From the NCBI GenBank assembly GCA_049323295.1, contig JBMOON010000050.1, positions 344,790 to 408,789 of the forward strand: a stretch of DNA of 64,000 nt. Direction: 5' to 3'. The DNA comes from Pseudomonadota bacterium (GTDB lineage Bacteria; Pseudomonadota; Gammaproteobacteria; Pseudomonadales; JADFDG01). Positions 37,516 to 46,727 of this stretch are shown in pieces. A program made the position numbers and the translations under genes. A model generated the notes under the pieces. That model was not told the origin of the DNA. It worked only from the letters and a program-made list of their open reading frames with translations, and did no database searches. Position 1 is the first letter of the stretch. The number at the start of each line of letters is the position of its first letter.

Positions 37516-38519
37516 GCGGCAAGGATCTCCGGTGAAAGGGATGCGCCGGCAAGCGACTGGCCGTGCGCATCCGAAAAGAAACTGTCGATCAGGTCGTGCT
37601 GTTCGGCGGCCGAAAGCGCGCCATTGAATGCCGCGCGATTCCAGCCGGTACGGCCGTCGAGGTACCAGCCGATGTGCTTGCGGGCGATGCGTACGCCCAT
37701 GAACTCGCCGTAGTGCGCCTGCAGGGCATCCAGATGCCAGTGCACCGTGGCCTGCAGCTCGGCCGGCGTCGGCGGCGGCAGCGTTTGCCCGCGGGCCAGG
37801 AAGTGACCGATCTCGCGGAAGATCCACGGATTGCCCTGGGCGGCGCGGCCGATCATCACCGCATCGGCGCCGGTATGGCGCAACACGGCGGCCGCCTGTT
37901 GCGGTGTTTCGATGTCGCCGTTGGCGATCACCGGCATCCGCACTGCCTGCCTGATGGCGGCGATGGTGTCGTATTCGGCGGCGCCCTCGAAACGGCAGGC
38001 GCGGGTGCGGCCGTGCACCGCCAGCGCGGCGATGCCGCAATCCTCGGCGATGCGGGCGATCTGCACGCCGTTGCGGGCATCCGGCGCCCAGCCGGTACGG
38101 ATCTTCAGGGTCACCGGCACGTTCACCGCGGCGACCACGGCGCGCAGGATGTCGCGTACCAGCGTCTCGTCGCGCAACAGCGCGGAACCGGCGGCCTTGT
38201 TGCAGACCTTTTTCGCCGGGCAACCCATGTTGATGTCGATGATCTGGGCGCCGGCCTCCACGTTCAGGCGGGCGGCTTCGGCCAGCATGGCCGGTTCGGC
38301 GCCGGCGATCTGCACGCTGCGCGGTGCCGGCTCGTCGCCGTGCACGCGGCGGCGCTGCGATTTCGGCGTGTTCCAAAGCGCGCTGTTGGCGGTGAGCATC
38401 TCGGCCACCACCAGGCCGGCCCCGAGACGCCGGCACAGTGTGCGGAACGGCAGGTCGGTCACGCCCGCCATGGGCGCGAGAACGACCGGCTGTTCGATGC
38501 GGTAGGGTCCGATCTGCAT
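37512..38519 (-). CDS. dusB: tRNA-dihydrouridine synthase B
   Basis: 335 aa with [25 protein letters not shown] and HGRTR motifs. Confidence 0.93.
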   Translation of the reverse strand: MQIGPYRIEQPVVLAPMAGVTDLPFRTLCRRLGAGLVVAEMLTANSALWNTPKSQRRRVHGDEPAPRSVQIAGAEPAMLAEAARLNVEAGAQIIDINMGCPAKKVCNKAAGSALLRDETLVRDILRAVVAAVNVPVTLKIRTGWAPDARNGVQIARIAEDCGIAALAVHGRTRACRFEGAAEYDTIAAIRQAVRMPVIANGDIETPQQAAAVLRHTGADAVMIGRAAQGNPWIFREIGHFLARGQTLPPPTPAELQATVHWHLDALQAHYGEFMGVRIARKHIGWYLDGRTGWNRAAFNGALSAAEQHDLIDSFFSDAHGQSLAGASLSPEILAA

Positions 38520-38804
38520 GCGGGTGTTCCGGTGCGGCTCCGGGCCTGTGCGGTGCAGCGGGCTCCGCGCGGCGAAAAGCGTCCCGACGGCGTGCGCGAG
38601 GGCAGATGCCGGCAGGAGACGATGGATTCGGTAACTGCTTCGATACTCGACAGCCCGGAACGACTGGCCGGGCTGTTCAAAGAGTGAGCAATGATAGCCA
38701 CGAGGGGGTGGCGGTTGAAGCCGGCATCATGACAAAAGCCGCAGAAAAAACGCTTGACTGACCGAAGGTCGGTGGAGTGTGCGGCCCGCGTTTCCGGTGT
38801 CGTT

Positions 38805-40352
38805 TCAGGGGGCGTCCGCGGTGACGACCGGCGGCAGGAAACGCAGCTCGTAATTCACAGCGCCGGCGCCGGGATCGACGATTTCCAGCGACAGATGGAT
38901 CGGCGTATCCGGCGGCATTTCACGGGCCTCGGCCAGTTCGCCCTTGAGGTATTCCTCCGGCTCGAACACGCGGCCGGCGACCGGATTGCCCTGGGTGTCG
39001 CTGAAGGCCAGTTCAATGCGCGGGAAGGGCTGGGTGAACGGAGCGCGGTTGTAGATGATCGCGTCGACCACCAGTGCCTGCCCGGCCACCGGGTGGCTGC
39101 GTACCACCAGATTGGCGCCATGGATCCGGGCGACGTCGCTGTTGCCCGGCAGCGTGCAGCCGATCGCGCTGCACGCTGCCGCATAGACGCCGCTCCAGGC
39201 GGGATCACGGGCCAGTGTGTCGCGGTTGAACACGAGGTACTGGACGAGCAGCACGCACAGGAAAACGACGCTGAGCGTGCCCCAGAAAATCTCGCCGCCC
39301 CAGCTCACCTGGTGCGCCTGCGCGGCGGCCACCAGATCGTCGCCGGCGTCGAGCCCGGGCAGCTCGACGTCCTGCATCGTCAGGCCGGGGTCGGACAGGA
39401 AATCGAATTCATCGTCGACCTGCGAGCCGCCGGCCGGGGCCGTGCGGCTGATCGGGGCCGGCATGCCCACCGCCGGTACCGACTGGGTGGCCAGTTCTTC
39501 GAGCCGTGCCGCCAGGCCGGATTTCGGGATGCCCGCCGTGGGGTCGGCAATCTGCAGGTCGTCGGCCTTCAGCTGGAACTTGCGCAGCCGCTCCTCCCGC
39601 TCGTCGAGCGGTTTCTCGCCGATCATTTCCCTGGCCCAGGATTCGTCGGCCTCCGGCCGGAAATCCTTCTCGTCCAGCGTGGTCGACTGGACACCGAACG
39701 GGTCGTCGATGTTCAGCTTGCCGTCGAGTTGTTCGCCGACGCTGATCTTGATCCTGGTCTTGTTCTCCTCGATGCCATGGCGCGCGGCATTCGACGGCGA
39801 TGCTGCCGGTGCGGCGGGTTTCGGCGGTGGTGGCGGCGCCCAGCCTCCGATGTTGTCGCTGGCCGCAGCCGCCGGCCTGGCCGGCGGAGGGGCAGTCGGC
39901 CGGGCGGGAGGTTTGGCCGCCGGCGGGCGGGCCGACGGCGGGGGAGCCGCCGGTTTGGCCGCCGGCTCGTCCAGCTCGCGCAGGATCATGTCCGCCAGAT
40001 CGTCGTCGCTGGACCGTTTGGGTGGTGCGGCCGGCCGGGCGGGCGCCGCCGGTCTGGCGGGCGGCGGCGCGGCCGGCTTGGGTGGCGGTACGGAAATCGC
40101 CGGTCGCTGGGTGGTGGCCTGGGCGTCGCCGGGCGGCATGGCCGAGGGGCGGGCGGACGGCCGGGCGGACGGCCGGGCACTGCCGGTGCCGGCCGGCGGT
40201 GCCGACGACAGCGGCACCATGTTCTGGGTGGCCTGGAATACCTGGAGGCAGGAGCCGCAACGCACGGTGCCGTTTGCCAGCTGGAGTTGCTGGGCGGTGA
40301 TCTGGAATTTGACGCCGCAGTGCGGGCATTGCGTCTGGTAACGGTCGGACAT
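38805..40352 (-). CDS. Zinc-ribbon (MJ0042-type) / Pro-Ala-rich linker / DUF3426 membrane protein
   Basis: 515 aa. The N-terminal TQCPHCGVKFQITAQQLQLANGTVRCGSCLQVF is followed by a low-complexity P/A/R region of about 170 aa, one TM, and a C-terminal DUF3426-like domain. The position between prmA and dusB matches Pseudomonas. Confidence 0.8.
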   Translation of the reverse strand: MSDRYQTQCPHCGVKFQITAQQLQLANGTVRCGSCLQVFQATQNMVPLSSAPPAGTGSARPSARPSARPSAMPPGDAQATTQRPAISVPPPKPAAPPPARPAAPARPAAPPKRSSDDDLADMILRELDEPAAKPAAPPPSARPPAAKPPARPTAPPPARPAAAASDNIGGWAPPPPPKPAAPAASPSNAARHGIEENKTRIKISVGEQLDGKLNIDDPFGVQSTTLDEKDFRPEADESWAREMIGEKPLDEREERLRKFQLKADDLQIADPTAGIPKSGLAARLEELATQSVPAVGMPAPISRTAPAGGSQVDDEFDFLSDPGLTMQDVELPGLDAGDDLVAAAQAHQVSWGGEIFWGTLSVVFLCVLLVQYLVFNRDTLARDPAWSGVYAAACSAIGCTLPGNSDVARIHGANLVVRSHPVAGQALVVDAIIYNRAPFTQPFPRIELAFSDTQGNPVAGRVFEPEEYLKGELAEAREMPPDTPIHLSLEIVDPGAGAVNYELRFLPPVVTADAP

Positions 40353-40470
40353 GGGCGGTCCCTGCAGGCTGAACGGCCGATTATGCGCACGGCACCGTCA
40401 TCGCGTCACGAGGACGGTGTCGCATTGCCGACTTCGGCATTCGCGCCGGCGACCCGGCGCCGGTGCGCCG

Positions 40471-41361
40471 TTACTTCTTCCGGCCGGACAGGCGGACCCA
40501 GTCGCCGTCGACCGTGATCGGCTCCCAGTCGATCCAGTCGGTGTACGCCGCGGCAACGTCGGCCGCCTGTTCGCGCAGGATGCCCGACAGTGCGAGATGC
40601 CCGCCGGCGTGAACGCGGCCGGCAATCTGCGGAGCCAGCTGCATCAGCGGGCCGGCGAGGATGTTGGCGATCACGACATCGGACACGGCAGCGTCGGCGG
40701 CGAACTCCTTCGGCAGCAGCGCCGTGACCGCGACGCCGTTGCGGGCGGCATTTTCCCGCGTGGCGATGATGGCCTGCGGATCGTTGTCGACGCCGCTGAC
40801 GCGGCGGGCGCCGAGCAGCGCGGCGGCGATGCCGAGAATGCCGCTGCCGCAGCCGAAATCGAGCACGGTCCTGCCCTCGAGATCGAGGCCGTCGAGCCAG
40901 CGCAGGCAGAGTGCGGTGGTCGGATGCGTGCCGGTACCGAAGGCAAGACCGGGATCGAGGCGCAGGTTCACGGCGCCGGCCACCGGCGGCTCGGTCCAGC
41001 TGGGCACCACCCACAGCCGGTTGCCGAAACGCATCGGCTTGAAGTGTTCGAGCCAGACGCGTTCCCAGGCCTGGTCGGCGAGCGGCTCGACGCGGAAACC
41101 CGGCGGATTCGTTTCATAGCCGGCCTGCCAGGCGTTGGCGAACGCCGCGCGCAGTTCGTCGGCATCGCGCTCGCCGGGAAACAGGCCGACCACGACGACG
41201 GCGTCCCACAGCGGCGTTTCGCCCGGGCCGGGTTCGAGGATCGGCTGGTCCTGCGCGTCGAGGTCGGTGATCGACAGCGCGCCGAGTGCCAGCAGCAGCT
41301 CCTCGGCGGCGTCCACCTGCTCGCGCGGCAGCTCGATCTTCAGTTCGAGCCAGGCATTCAT
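40471..41361 (-). CDS. prmA: Ribosomal protein L11 methyltransferase
   Basis: 296 aa with the SAM-binding VLDFGCGSGILGIAA and the PrmA N-terminal domain. Confidence 0.93.
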   Translation of the reverse strand: MNAWLELKIELPREQVDAAEELLLALGALSITDLDAQDQPILEPGPGETPLWDAVVVVGLFPGERDADELRAAFANAWQAGYETNPPGFRVEPLADQAWERVWLEHFKPMRFGNRLWVVPSWTEPPVAGAVNLRLDPGLAFGTGTHPTTALCLRWLDGLDLEGRTVLDFGCGSGILGIAAALLGARRVSGVDNDPQAIIATRENAARNGVAVTALLPKEFAADAAVSDVVIANILAGPLMQLAPQIAGRVHAGGHLALSGILREQAADVAAAYTDWIDWEPITVDGDWVRLSGRKK

Positions 41362-41419
41362 GGCGGCATTGCCGCCATGAATGCGGAAGCCTGCAGCGCG
41401 ATTTTATTCAGGGCACGAG

Positions 41420-42766
41420 TCACTTCTTGGCGATCCCGAGTTTCTTCTCGAGATAGTGGATGTCGACGCCACCGTTCTCGAAGTGGGTGTCGCGGAAGAT
41501 CTGTTCCTTGTGCAGCGGAATGTTGGTGCGGATGCCGTCGACCACGATTTCGTCCAGCGCATTCTTCATGCGCCGGAACGCGCCGGCACGATCGTCGCCG
41601 AAGGCGATGACCTTGCCGATCAGCGAATCGTAGTTCGGCGGTACGGTGTAGCCGCTGTAGACATGCGAGTCGACACGGATACCGTTGCCGCCGGGCGCGT
41701 GGAAATAGGTGATCTTGCCGGGGCAGGGGATGAAGGTTGCCGGATCTTCGGCGTTGATGCGCGCCTCGAAGGCATGCCCCTTGATCTTCACGTCCTTTTG
41801 CGTGAACGACAGCCCCTGGCCGGCGGCGATGCGGATCTGTTCCTTCACGATGTCGACGCCGGTCACCATTTCGGTCACCGGGTGTTCGACCTGCACGCGG
41901 GTGTTCATCTCGATGAAGTAGAAACGTTCCTTTTCGTACAGGAACTCGAAAGTTCCGGCGCCGCGATAGCCGATGTCGATGCATGCCTTGACGCAGGCAT
42001 TCGCCACTTCGTCGCGCAGCGCCTGCGGGATGTGCGGCGCGGGCGCTTCCTCGACCACTTTCTGGTGGCGGCGCTGCAGCGAGCAGTCGCGATCGCCCAG
42101 GTGCACGGCATGGCCGTTGCCGTCGGCGAGGATCTGGATCTCCACGTGGCGCGGATGTTCCAGGAATTTTTCCATGTAGACCGTTTCGTCGCCGAACGCG
42201 GCCTTGGCTTCCGAACGGGTGACGAACAGCGAGTTGAGCAGCGCGCTCTCGGTATGCACCACGCGCATGCCGCGACCGCCGCCGCCGGCTGCGGCCTTGA
42301 TGATCACCGGGTAACCGATTTTCTTCGCGGCCTCGATCGCGTTCTCTTCCGTCACCGGGCCGCCGGAGCCGGGCACGGTCGGCACGCCGGCCTTTTTCAT
42401 CGCCTCGATGGCCGATACCTTGTTGCCCATCAGGCGGATGGTGTCGGCGCGCGGGCCGATGAAAGTGAAGCCGGAGCGTTCCACCGCTTCGGCGAAATCG
42501 GCGTTCTCGGCGAGGAAGCCGTAGCCGGGATGGATGCCCTGGGCGTCGGTCACTTCCGCTGCGCTGATCAGCGCCGGAATGCTGAGGTAGCTGTCCTTGG
42601 AGGCGGCCGGGCCGATGCACAGCGCTTCGTCGGCCAGCCGCACGTGCATCAGGTCGCGGTCCGCCTTCGAATAGACGGCGACGGTGCGGATGCCCATCTC
42701 CTTGCAGGCGCGCAGGATACGCAGCGCGATTTCGCCACGGTTGGCGATCACGATCTTGTCGAGCAT
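41420..42766 (-). CDS. accC: Acetyl-CoA carboxylase biotin carboxylase subunit
   Basis: 448 aa. The product starts [26 protein letters not shown] and has ATP-grasp motifs throughout. Confidence 0.96.
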   Translation of the reverse strand: MLDKIVIANRGEIALRILRACKEMGIRTVAVYSKADRDLMHVRLADEALCIGPAASKDSYLSIPALISAAEVTDAQGIHPGYGFLAENADFAEAVERSGFTFIGPRADTIRLMGNKVSAIEAMKKAGVPTVPGSGGPVTEENAIEAAKKIGYPVIIKAAAGGGGRGMRVVHTESALLNSLFVTRSEAKAAFGDETVYMEKFLEHPRHVEIQILADGNGHAVHLGDRDCSLQRRHQKVVEEAPAPHIPQALRDEVANACVKACIDIGYRGAGTFEFLYEKERFYFIEMNTRVQVEHPVTEMVTGVDIVKEQIRIAAGQGLSFTQKDVKIKGHAFEARINAEDPATFIPCPGKITYFHAPGGNGIRVDSHVYSGYTVPPNYDSLIGKVIAFGDDRAGAFRRMKNALDEIVVDGIRTNIPLHKEQIFRDTHFENGGVDIHYLEKKLGIAKK

Positions 42767-42782
42767 GTCGGTACCGTAATCG

Positions 42783-43241
42783 TCAGACGATGGTGAACAG
42801 CGGCTGGTCGAATTCGACCGGCTGGCCGTTTTCGACCAGGATGGCTTCGATCACGCCGGACTTGTCGGCGGTGATCTGGTTCATCATTTTCATGGCCTCG
42901 ACGATGCACACCACGTCGCCGACCTTGACCGAAGCGCCGACTTCGACGAACGAGGGCGAGCCCGGCGACGGCGAGCGATAGAACGTGCCGACCATGGGCG
43001 AGCGCATCACGTGGCCGCTGCGCTTGTTTTCTTCCTTCTTGCTGCCTGCATCGGCCGGCGCGGCGGCAGCCGGTGCCGGCGCGGCGGCGGCCGGCGGTGC
43101 CGCCATCGCGTAGGTGACCGGACCGGACGGCGGGCGGTTGCGGGCGATGCGCACCGTTTCCTCGCCTTCCTTGATTTCCAGCTCGTCGATGCCGGATTCC
43201 TCGAGCAGTTCGATCAGTTTCTTGATCTTGCGGATGTCCAT
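42783..43241 (-). CDS. accB: Acetyl-CoA carboxylase biotin carboxyl carrier protein
   Basis: 152 aa with the biotinylation motif [11 protein letters not shown] and a Pro/Ala linker. Confidence 0.93.
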   Translation of the reverse strand: MDIRKIKKLIELLEESGIDELEIKEGEETVRIARNRPPSGPVTYAMAAPPAAAAPAPAAAAPADAGSKKEENKRSGHVMRSPMVGTFYRSPSPGSPSFVEVGASVKVGDVVCIVEAMKMMNQITADKSGVIEAILVENGQPVEFDQPLFTIV

Positions 43242-43312
43242 GTGTCTCGGGTGCCTTGTGGGACGGGTGAGGTGGACGCCGCCGCTCCGGATGGGGTCGG
43301 CGGCAGTTGGGT

Positions 43313-43747
43313 TCAGAGTCGTTTCAGGGCGGCGGCAAGGGCCAGCTCGTAGCTCTGGGCGCCGAGGCCGCTGATGACGCCGACGGCGACATCGGAGAAG
43401 TAGGAGTGCTGCCGGAACGCCTCGCGCGCGTGGACGTTCGACAGGTGCACTTCGATGAACGGGATCTGCACCGCGAGCAGCGCGTCGCGCAGTGCCACCG
43501 AGGTGTGGGTGAAGGCGGCCGGATTGATCAGGATGAACTCGACGCCTTCCTTCTTCGCCTCGTGGATGCGCTCCACGAGTTCGTACTCGGCGTTGCTCTG
43601 CAGGGTCAGCAGGTGATGGCCGGCGGCCTTCGCGGCGGCGGCGAGCCGGCCGTTGATGTCGGCCAGCGTATCGGTGCCGTACTTGTCCGGTTCACGGCTG
43701 CCGAGCAGGTTCAGGTTCGGCCCGTGCAGCACCAGGATGGTGGCCAT
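43313..43747 (-). CDS. aroQ: Type II 3-dehydroquinate dehydratase
   Basis: 144 aa with [17 protein letters not shown] and [12 protein letters not shown] motifs. Confidence 0.93.
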   Translation of the reverse strand: MATILVLHGPNLNLLGSREPDKYGTDTLADINGRLAAAAKAAGHHLLTLQSNAEYELVERIHEAKKEGVEFILINPAAFTHTSVALRDALLAVQIPFIEVHLSNVHAREAFRQHSYFSDVAVGVISGLGAQSYELALAAALKRL

Positions 43748-43930
43748 GCCGTGTTCTCCCCGGAAAATGGGTTCTGGGCGCCGGGGAATTGCCCCGGGTG
43801 CGTGACCGTCCAGTCATATGGATGGGCACGCAAAACAGGCGGGGAGTCTAGGGGTGGCCGGAGGGCTTGGGAACCGGGTCCCAACACTTCCTTACAAACT
43901 GTGACGAGGCGGAACGATGGTCACAGGGTG

Positions 43931-45793
43931 TCAGCCGGATCCCTGCAGGTTCGGGTCAATTCGGGTTTTCAGCCAGTCCAGGAAGGCCGCCTCGTCCTGT
44001 TCGCCGAGGATCCGCTGGCCGGTCACTTCGCTGCCGTCGGGGCGGAAGAAGAGGATGGCCGGCAGGCCGGGGATCCCGTACTCGCGCAGCAGGGCCGCGT
44101 TGGCGTCGGTGTTGGCGGTCACGTCGACCTGCAGCAGGACATAGCCGGCCAGCGCGGCCTGGACGGCAGGGCGGGGGAACACGTTGCGGGCCATGATCCG
44201 GCAGGCCACGCACCAGTCGGCGTAGAAGTCGAGCATGACCGGTTTGCCGGCGGCCCGGGCCTGCGCCAGCGCCTGCTGCAGGGCGGCGGAATCCGGCACC
44301 CGGACGAACAGGGAGTGGCGGTCGGCGGCGGTGACCGCGCCGCCGGCAAAGGGCTGCAGCGGAGCCAGCGGATCGTCGCCGCCGGCCGCGGCGCCCGCCC
44401 CCAGGGCCAGGCCGTAGGCGAGCAGGGCGACGCCGGCGGCCTTGCGGAACCAGCGCCACCCGGTCGCGGCTGCCGGCACCGGTTCCAGCGCGCCCAGATA
44501 GACCCCCGAACCGATCGCCAGCAGGGCCCACAGCGCCAGCGTCACCGGACCGGGGAGGATGCGGGCGAGCAGGATCACCGCCACCCCGAGCAGCAACACG
44601 CCGAAGGCGGCCTTCACCCCGTCCATCCAGGCGCCGGCTTTCGGCAGCAGGCGGCCACCGGAGGTGCCGATCAGCAGCAGCGGGATGCCCATGCCGAAGG
44701 CCAGCGCGAACAGTGCGGCGCCGCCGAGCACGGCATCGCCGGTGGCGCCGATGAACATCAGGGCGCCGGCCAGGGGCGCCGACACGCAGGGCGATACCAC
44801 CAGCGCCGACACCGCTCCCATCAGTGCCACCGATCCGAAACCGCCGCCGCGCTGTCCGCTGCCGGCCAGCCGGTCGCGCAGGAAGGCCGGCAACTGCAGC
44901 TCGTAGAAGCCGAACATCGACAGCGACAGCAGCACGAACAGCAGGGCGAACACGACCAGCACCGGCGGCGACTGCAGCCACAGCTGGATGTTGAATGCGG
45001 CGCCGACCAGGCCGATCGCCACGCCGGCGAGCGTGTAGGTGAGCGCCATGCCGAGCACGTAGGCCAGCGAGAGCAGGAAGGCGCGGCGGGTGGAAATCGC
45101 GGCGCCTTCGCCGACGATGATCGACGACAGGATCGGCACCATCGGCAGCACGCAGGGGGTGAAGGCCAGCCCGATGCCCAGCAGCAGGAAGGTGCCGGCG
45201 ATCGCGAGGAACGAGGCGCCGGCCAGGAAGCCGGCCAGCGAGCCGGCGTCGTTGCCGGCAGGAGCAGCCGGCGTGACGGCTGCCGGTTGCGTGCCGGATC
45301 CGGCAGGGGCCGCCGCTGCCGACATGCCGGTGAAATCCACCGGCCATTCTTCCGTTTCCGGGGCGTAGCAGAAGCCCGCCTCGGCGCAGCCCTGGTAGGT
45401 GATGCGCAGCGTGGCGGGTGCGGACGGCACGCTGCGCAGCGGCAGCCGCAGCGCAACTTCGTGGTGATATACCTCGACCAGTCCGAAGATCTCGTCGTCC
45501 TTCATCTCGCCGCGCGGTGCTTCCGGCGCGCCGAGGGCGTCGATCGCATTGCCGGCGGCATCGACCAGCGCGAAGCGGAACTTGTCGCGATACAGGTAGT
45601 AGTCGTCGGCGATTTTCCAGCGGGCGATGAAGGCGTGGTCGTCGCGTTCCAGGGTCAGCGCGAAGGCTTCGCGCACCGGCAGGAAATCGTCTTCCGATGC
45701 GGTGCCCGGCAGGGCGGCGGCGGCACCGCCGGCGAACAGCAGCAGCCAGCACGACAGCAGCAGGCGGAAGATCGGGGCGCGGGCGGTCGGCAT
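43931..45793 (-). CDS. dsbD: Thiol:disulfide interchange protein DsbD
   Basis: Track ORF trimmed to MPTARAPIFRLLLSCWLLLFAGGAAAA (ATG at 45791-45793). It has an alpha domain (YQGCAEAGFC), a polytopic beta domain with the two TM Cys contexts (FTPCVLP, VSPCVSAP) and a thioredoxin gamma domain (FYADWCVACR). Confidence 0.9.
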   Translation of the reverse strand: MPTARAPIFRLLLSCWLLLFAGGAAAALPGTASEDDFLPVREAFALTLERDDHAFIARWKIADDYYLYRDKFRFALVDAAGNAIDALGAPEAPRGEMKDDEIFGLVEVYHHEVALRLPLRSVPSAPATLRITYQGCAEAGFCYAPETEEWPVDFTGMSAAAAPAGSGTQPAAVTPAAPAGNDAGSLAGFLAGASFLAIAGTFLLLGIGLAFTPCVLPMVPILSSIIVGEGAAISTRRAFLLSLAYVLGMALTYTLAGVAIGLVGAAFNIQLWLQSPPVLVVFALLFVLLSLSMFGFYELQLPAFLRDRLAGSGQRGGGFGSVALMGAVSALVVSPCVSAPLAGALMFIGATGDAVLGGAALFALAFGMGIPLLLIGTSGGRLLPKAGAWMDGVKAAFGVLLLGVAVILLARILPGPVTLALWALLAIGSGVYLGALEPVPAAATGWRWFRKAAGVALLAYGLALGAGAAAGGDDPLAPLQPFAGGAVTAADRHSLFVRVPDSAALQQALAQARAAGKPVMLDFYADWCVACRIMARNVFPRPAVQAALAGYVLLQVDVTANTDANAALLREYGIPGLPAILFFRPDGSEVTGQRILGEQDEAAFLDWLKTRIDPNLQGSG

Positions 45794-45845
45794 CGGCAGG
45801 TTCCGGTCGGGGTTGCTGGACGGTGCTGCAGTGTCGGGGGTCAGC

Positions 45846-45862
45846 GTTAAGGGCTGCTTAAG
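45846..45862. promoter_or_regulatory. Palindromic motif GTTAAGGGCTGCTTAAG, copy 1 (candidate operator, dsbD-proximal)
   Basis: TTAAG-N5-CTTAA dyad located 53 nt upstream of the dsbD start. It matches copy 2 at 15 of 17 positions. It is AT-rich in a GC-rich intergenic region. Confidence 0.35.
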
Positions 45863-45961
45863 CGATGGGAACACAGGGTTCGCGGCCGGATTCCGTATCC
45901 GGCGCCCGGCGGTCGGGGATTCTACCCGCACGGCAGGCGGTCCGGTTTTCCGCAGCAGGCG

Positions 45962-45978
45962 GTTAAGGGTCGCTTAAG
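45962..45978. promoter_or_regulatory. Palindromic motif GTTAAGGGTCGCTTAAG, copy 2 (candidate operator, tlpA-proximal)
   Basis: The same dyad lies 43 nt upstream of the TlpA-like gene start, 116 bp from copy 1. Confidence 0.35.
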
Positions 45979-46021
45979 GAGCGCCGGGCGAAAGTGCTGC
46001 CTGTCCTTTGCGGAGGTTGCC

Positions 46022-46486
46022 ATGCCTGCCAACGTTGCCCGTCGTTCTTTCCTGCGGAAAAGCCTGTGGCTGCTGTGCGGGCTGCTGCTGTTGCCGGCTG
46101 CAGTGCCGGCTGCGGGACTCGATCTGGCCGCCCATCGCGGCAAGGTGGTCTATCTGGATTTCTGGGCCTCCTGGTGCGTGCCCTGCCGGAAATCGTTCCC
46201 CTGGCTGAACGAGCTGGCCGCCCGCTATCCCGACGATCTGGTGATCGTCGGCATCAATGTCGACCACGAGCGTGCGGCGGCGGACAAGTTCCTCGCGAAG
46301 TACCCGGCCTCGTTCCCGCTGGCTTTCGATCCCGACGGTCTGCTGGCGAAGGAGTACCGGCTGCAGGGCATGCCGTCGAGCGTCATCGTCGACCGCGAAG
46401 GCCGGATTGCCGAACGACACATCGGTTTCCGCGAAGAGCAGAAGCCGGCGTACGAATCGGCGCTGAAAAAACTGATGGGCAGATGA
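46022..46486 (+). CDS. Secreted TlpA/ResA-like thioredoxin-fold thiol:disulfide oxidoreductase
   Basis: 154 aa. The signal peptide or anchor (LWLLCGLLLLPAAVPAAG) is followed by the active site YLDFWASWCVPCRKSFP. GGAGG lies 7 nt upstream of the ATG. Confidence 0.88.
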   Translation: MPANVARRSFLRKSLWLLCGLLLLPAAVPAAGLDLAAHRGKVVYLDFWASWCVPCRKSFPWLNELAARYPDDLVIVGINVDHERAAADKFLAKYPASFPLAFDPDGLLAKEYRLQGMPSSVIVDREGRIAERHIGFREEQKPAYESALKKLMGR

Positions 46487-46514
46487 TCCGGCCGGTACCG
46501 GAGGCGGAGTGAGC

Positions 46515-46727
46515 ATGAAAACCGCGATCGTATCGGCAGCGCTGGCCTTGCTGGCAGGCTGCAGCAGCATGGGCGTGGAGCCCTGGGAGCGCGACGTGCT
46601 CGCGCGACCGGAAATGAACTTCGGCCACGATGCCGTGGCGCGCGGTCTGGACGACCACATCTACTTTTCCAAGGAGGCGTCCAGCGGCGGCCGCGGATTC
46701 GGCGGTGGAGGTTGCGGATGCAACTGA
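46515..46727 (+). CDS. Small lipoprotein, DUF4266-like, ending GGGGCGCN
   Basis: ATG at 46515 (the track begins at GTG 46509), with GGAGG upstream. The lipobox is LLAGC (Cys16). The mature peptide is about 55 aa with a Gly-rich tail and a C-terminal Cys-Gly-Cys-Asn. Confidence 0.75.
   Translation: MKTAIVSAALALLAGCSSMGVEPWERDVLARPEMNFGHDAVARGLDDHIYFSKEASSGGRGFGGGGCGCN

Noticed and set aside
38520-38804. The 285-bp gap upstream of dusB, including track ORFs 38438..38761(+) and 38459..38701(-) and hairpins at about 38651-38675 and 38761-38775. I considered whether it holds a small gene, an sRNA or a terminator.
   Set aside because: The ORFs have no SD and a shadow-frame composition. The hairpins lack adjacent T-tracts in the correct orientation. 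Nothing is supportable beyond a probable dusB-fis promoter region.
39800-40200. Repetitive GC-rich DNA that could be mistaken for a repeat array or a CRISPR-like structure.
   Set aside because: The repeats are short (12 bp), imperfect, have no spacers, and lie in-frame inside a coding Pro/Ala-rich linker.
43748-43930. I scanned the 183-bp aroQ-dsbD intergenic region and other gaps over 100 bp by eye for tRNA or other structured RNA genes.
   Set aside because: I recognised no cloverleaf-compatible conserved positions (T-loop GTTCGAATC-like or D-loop) and no known RNA motifs. No RNA gene can be supported without a covariance-model search.
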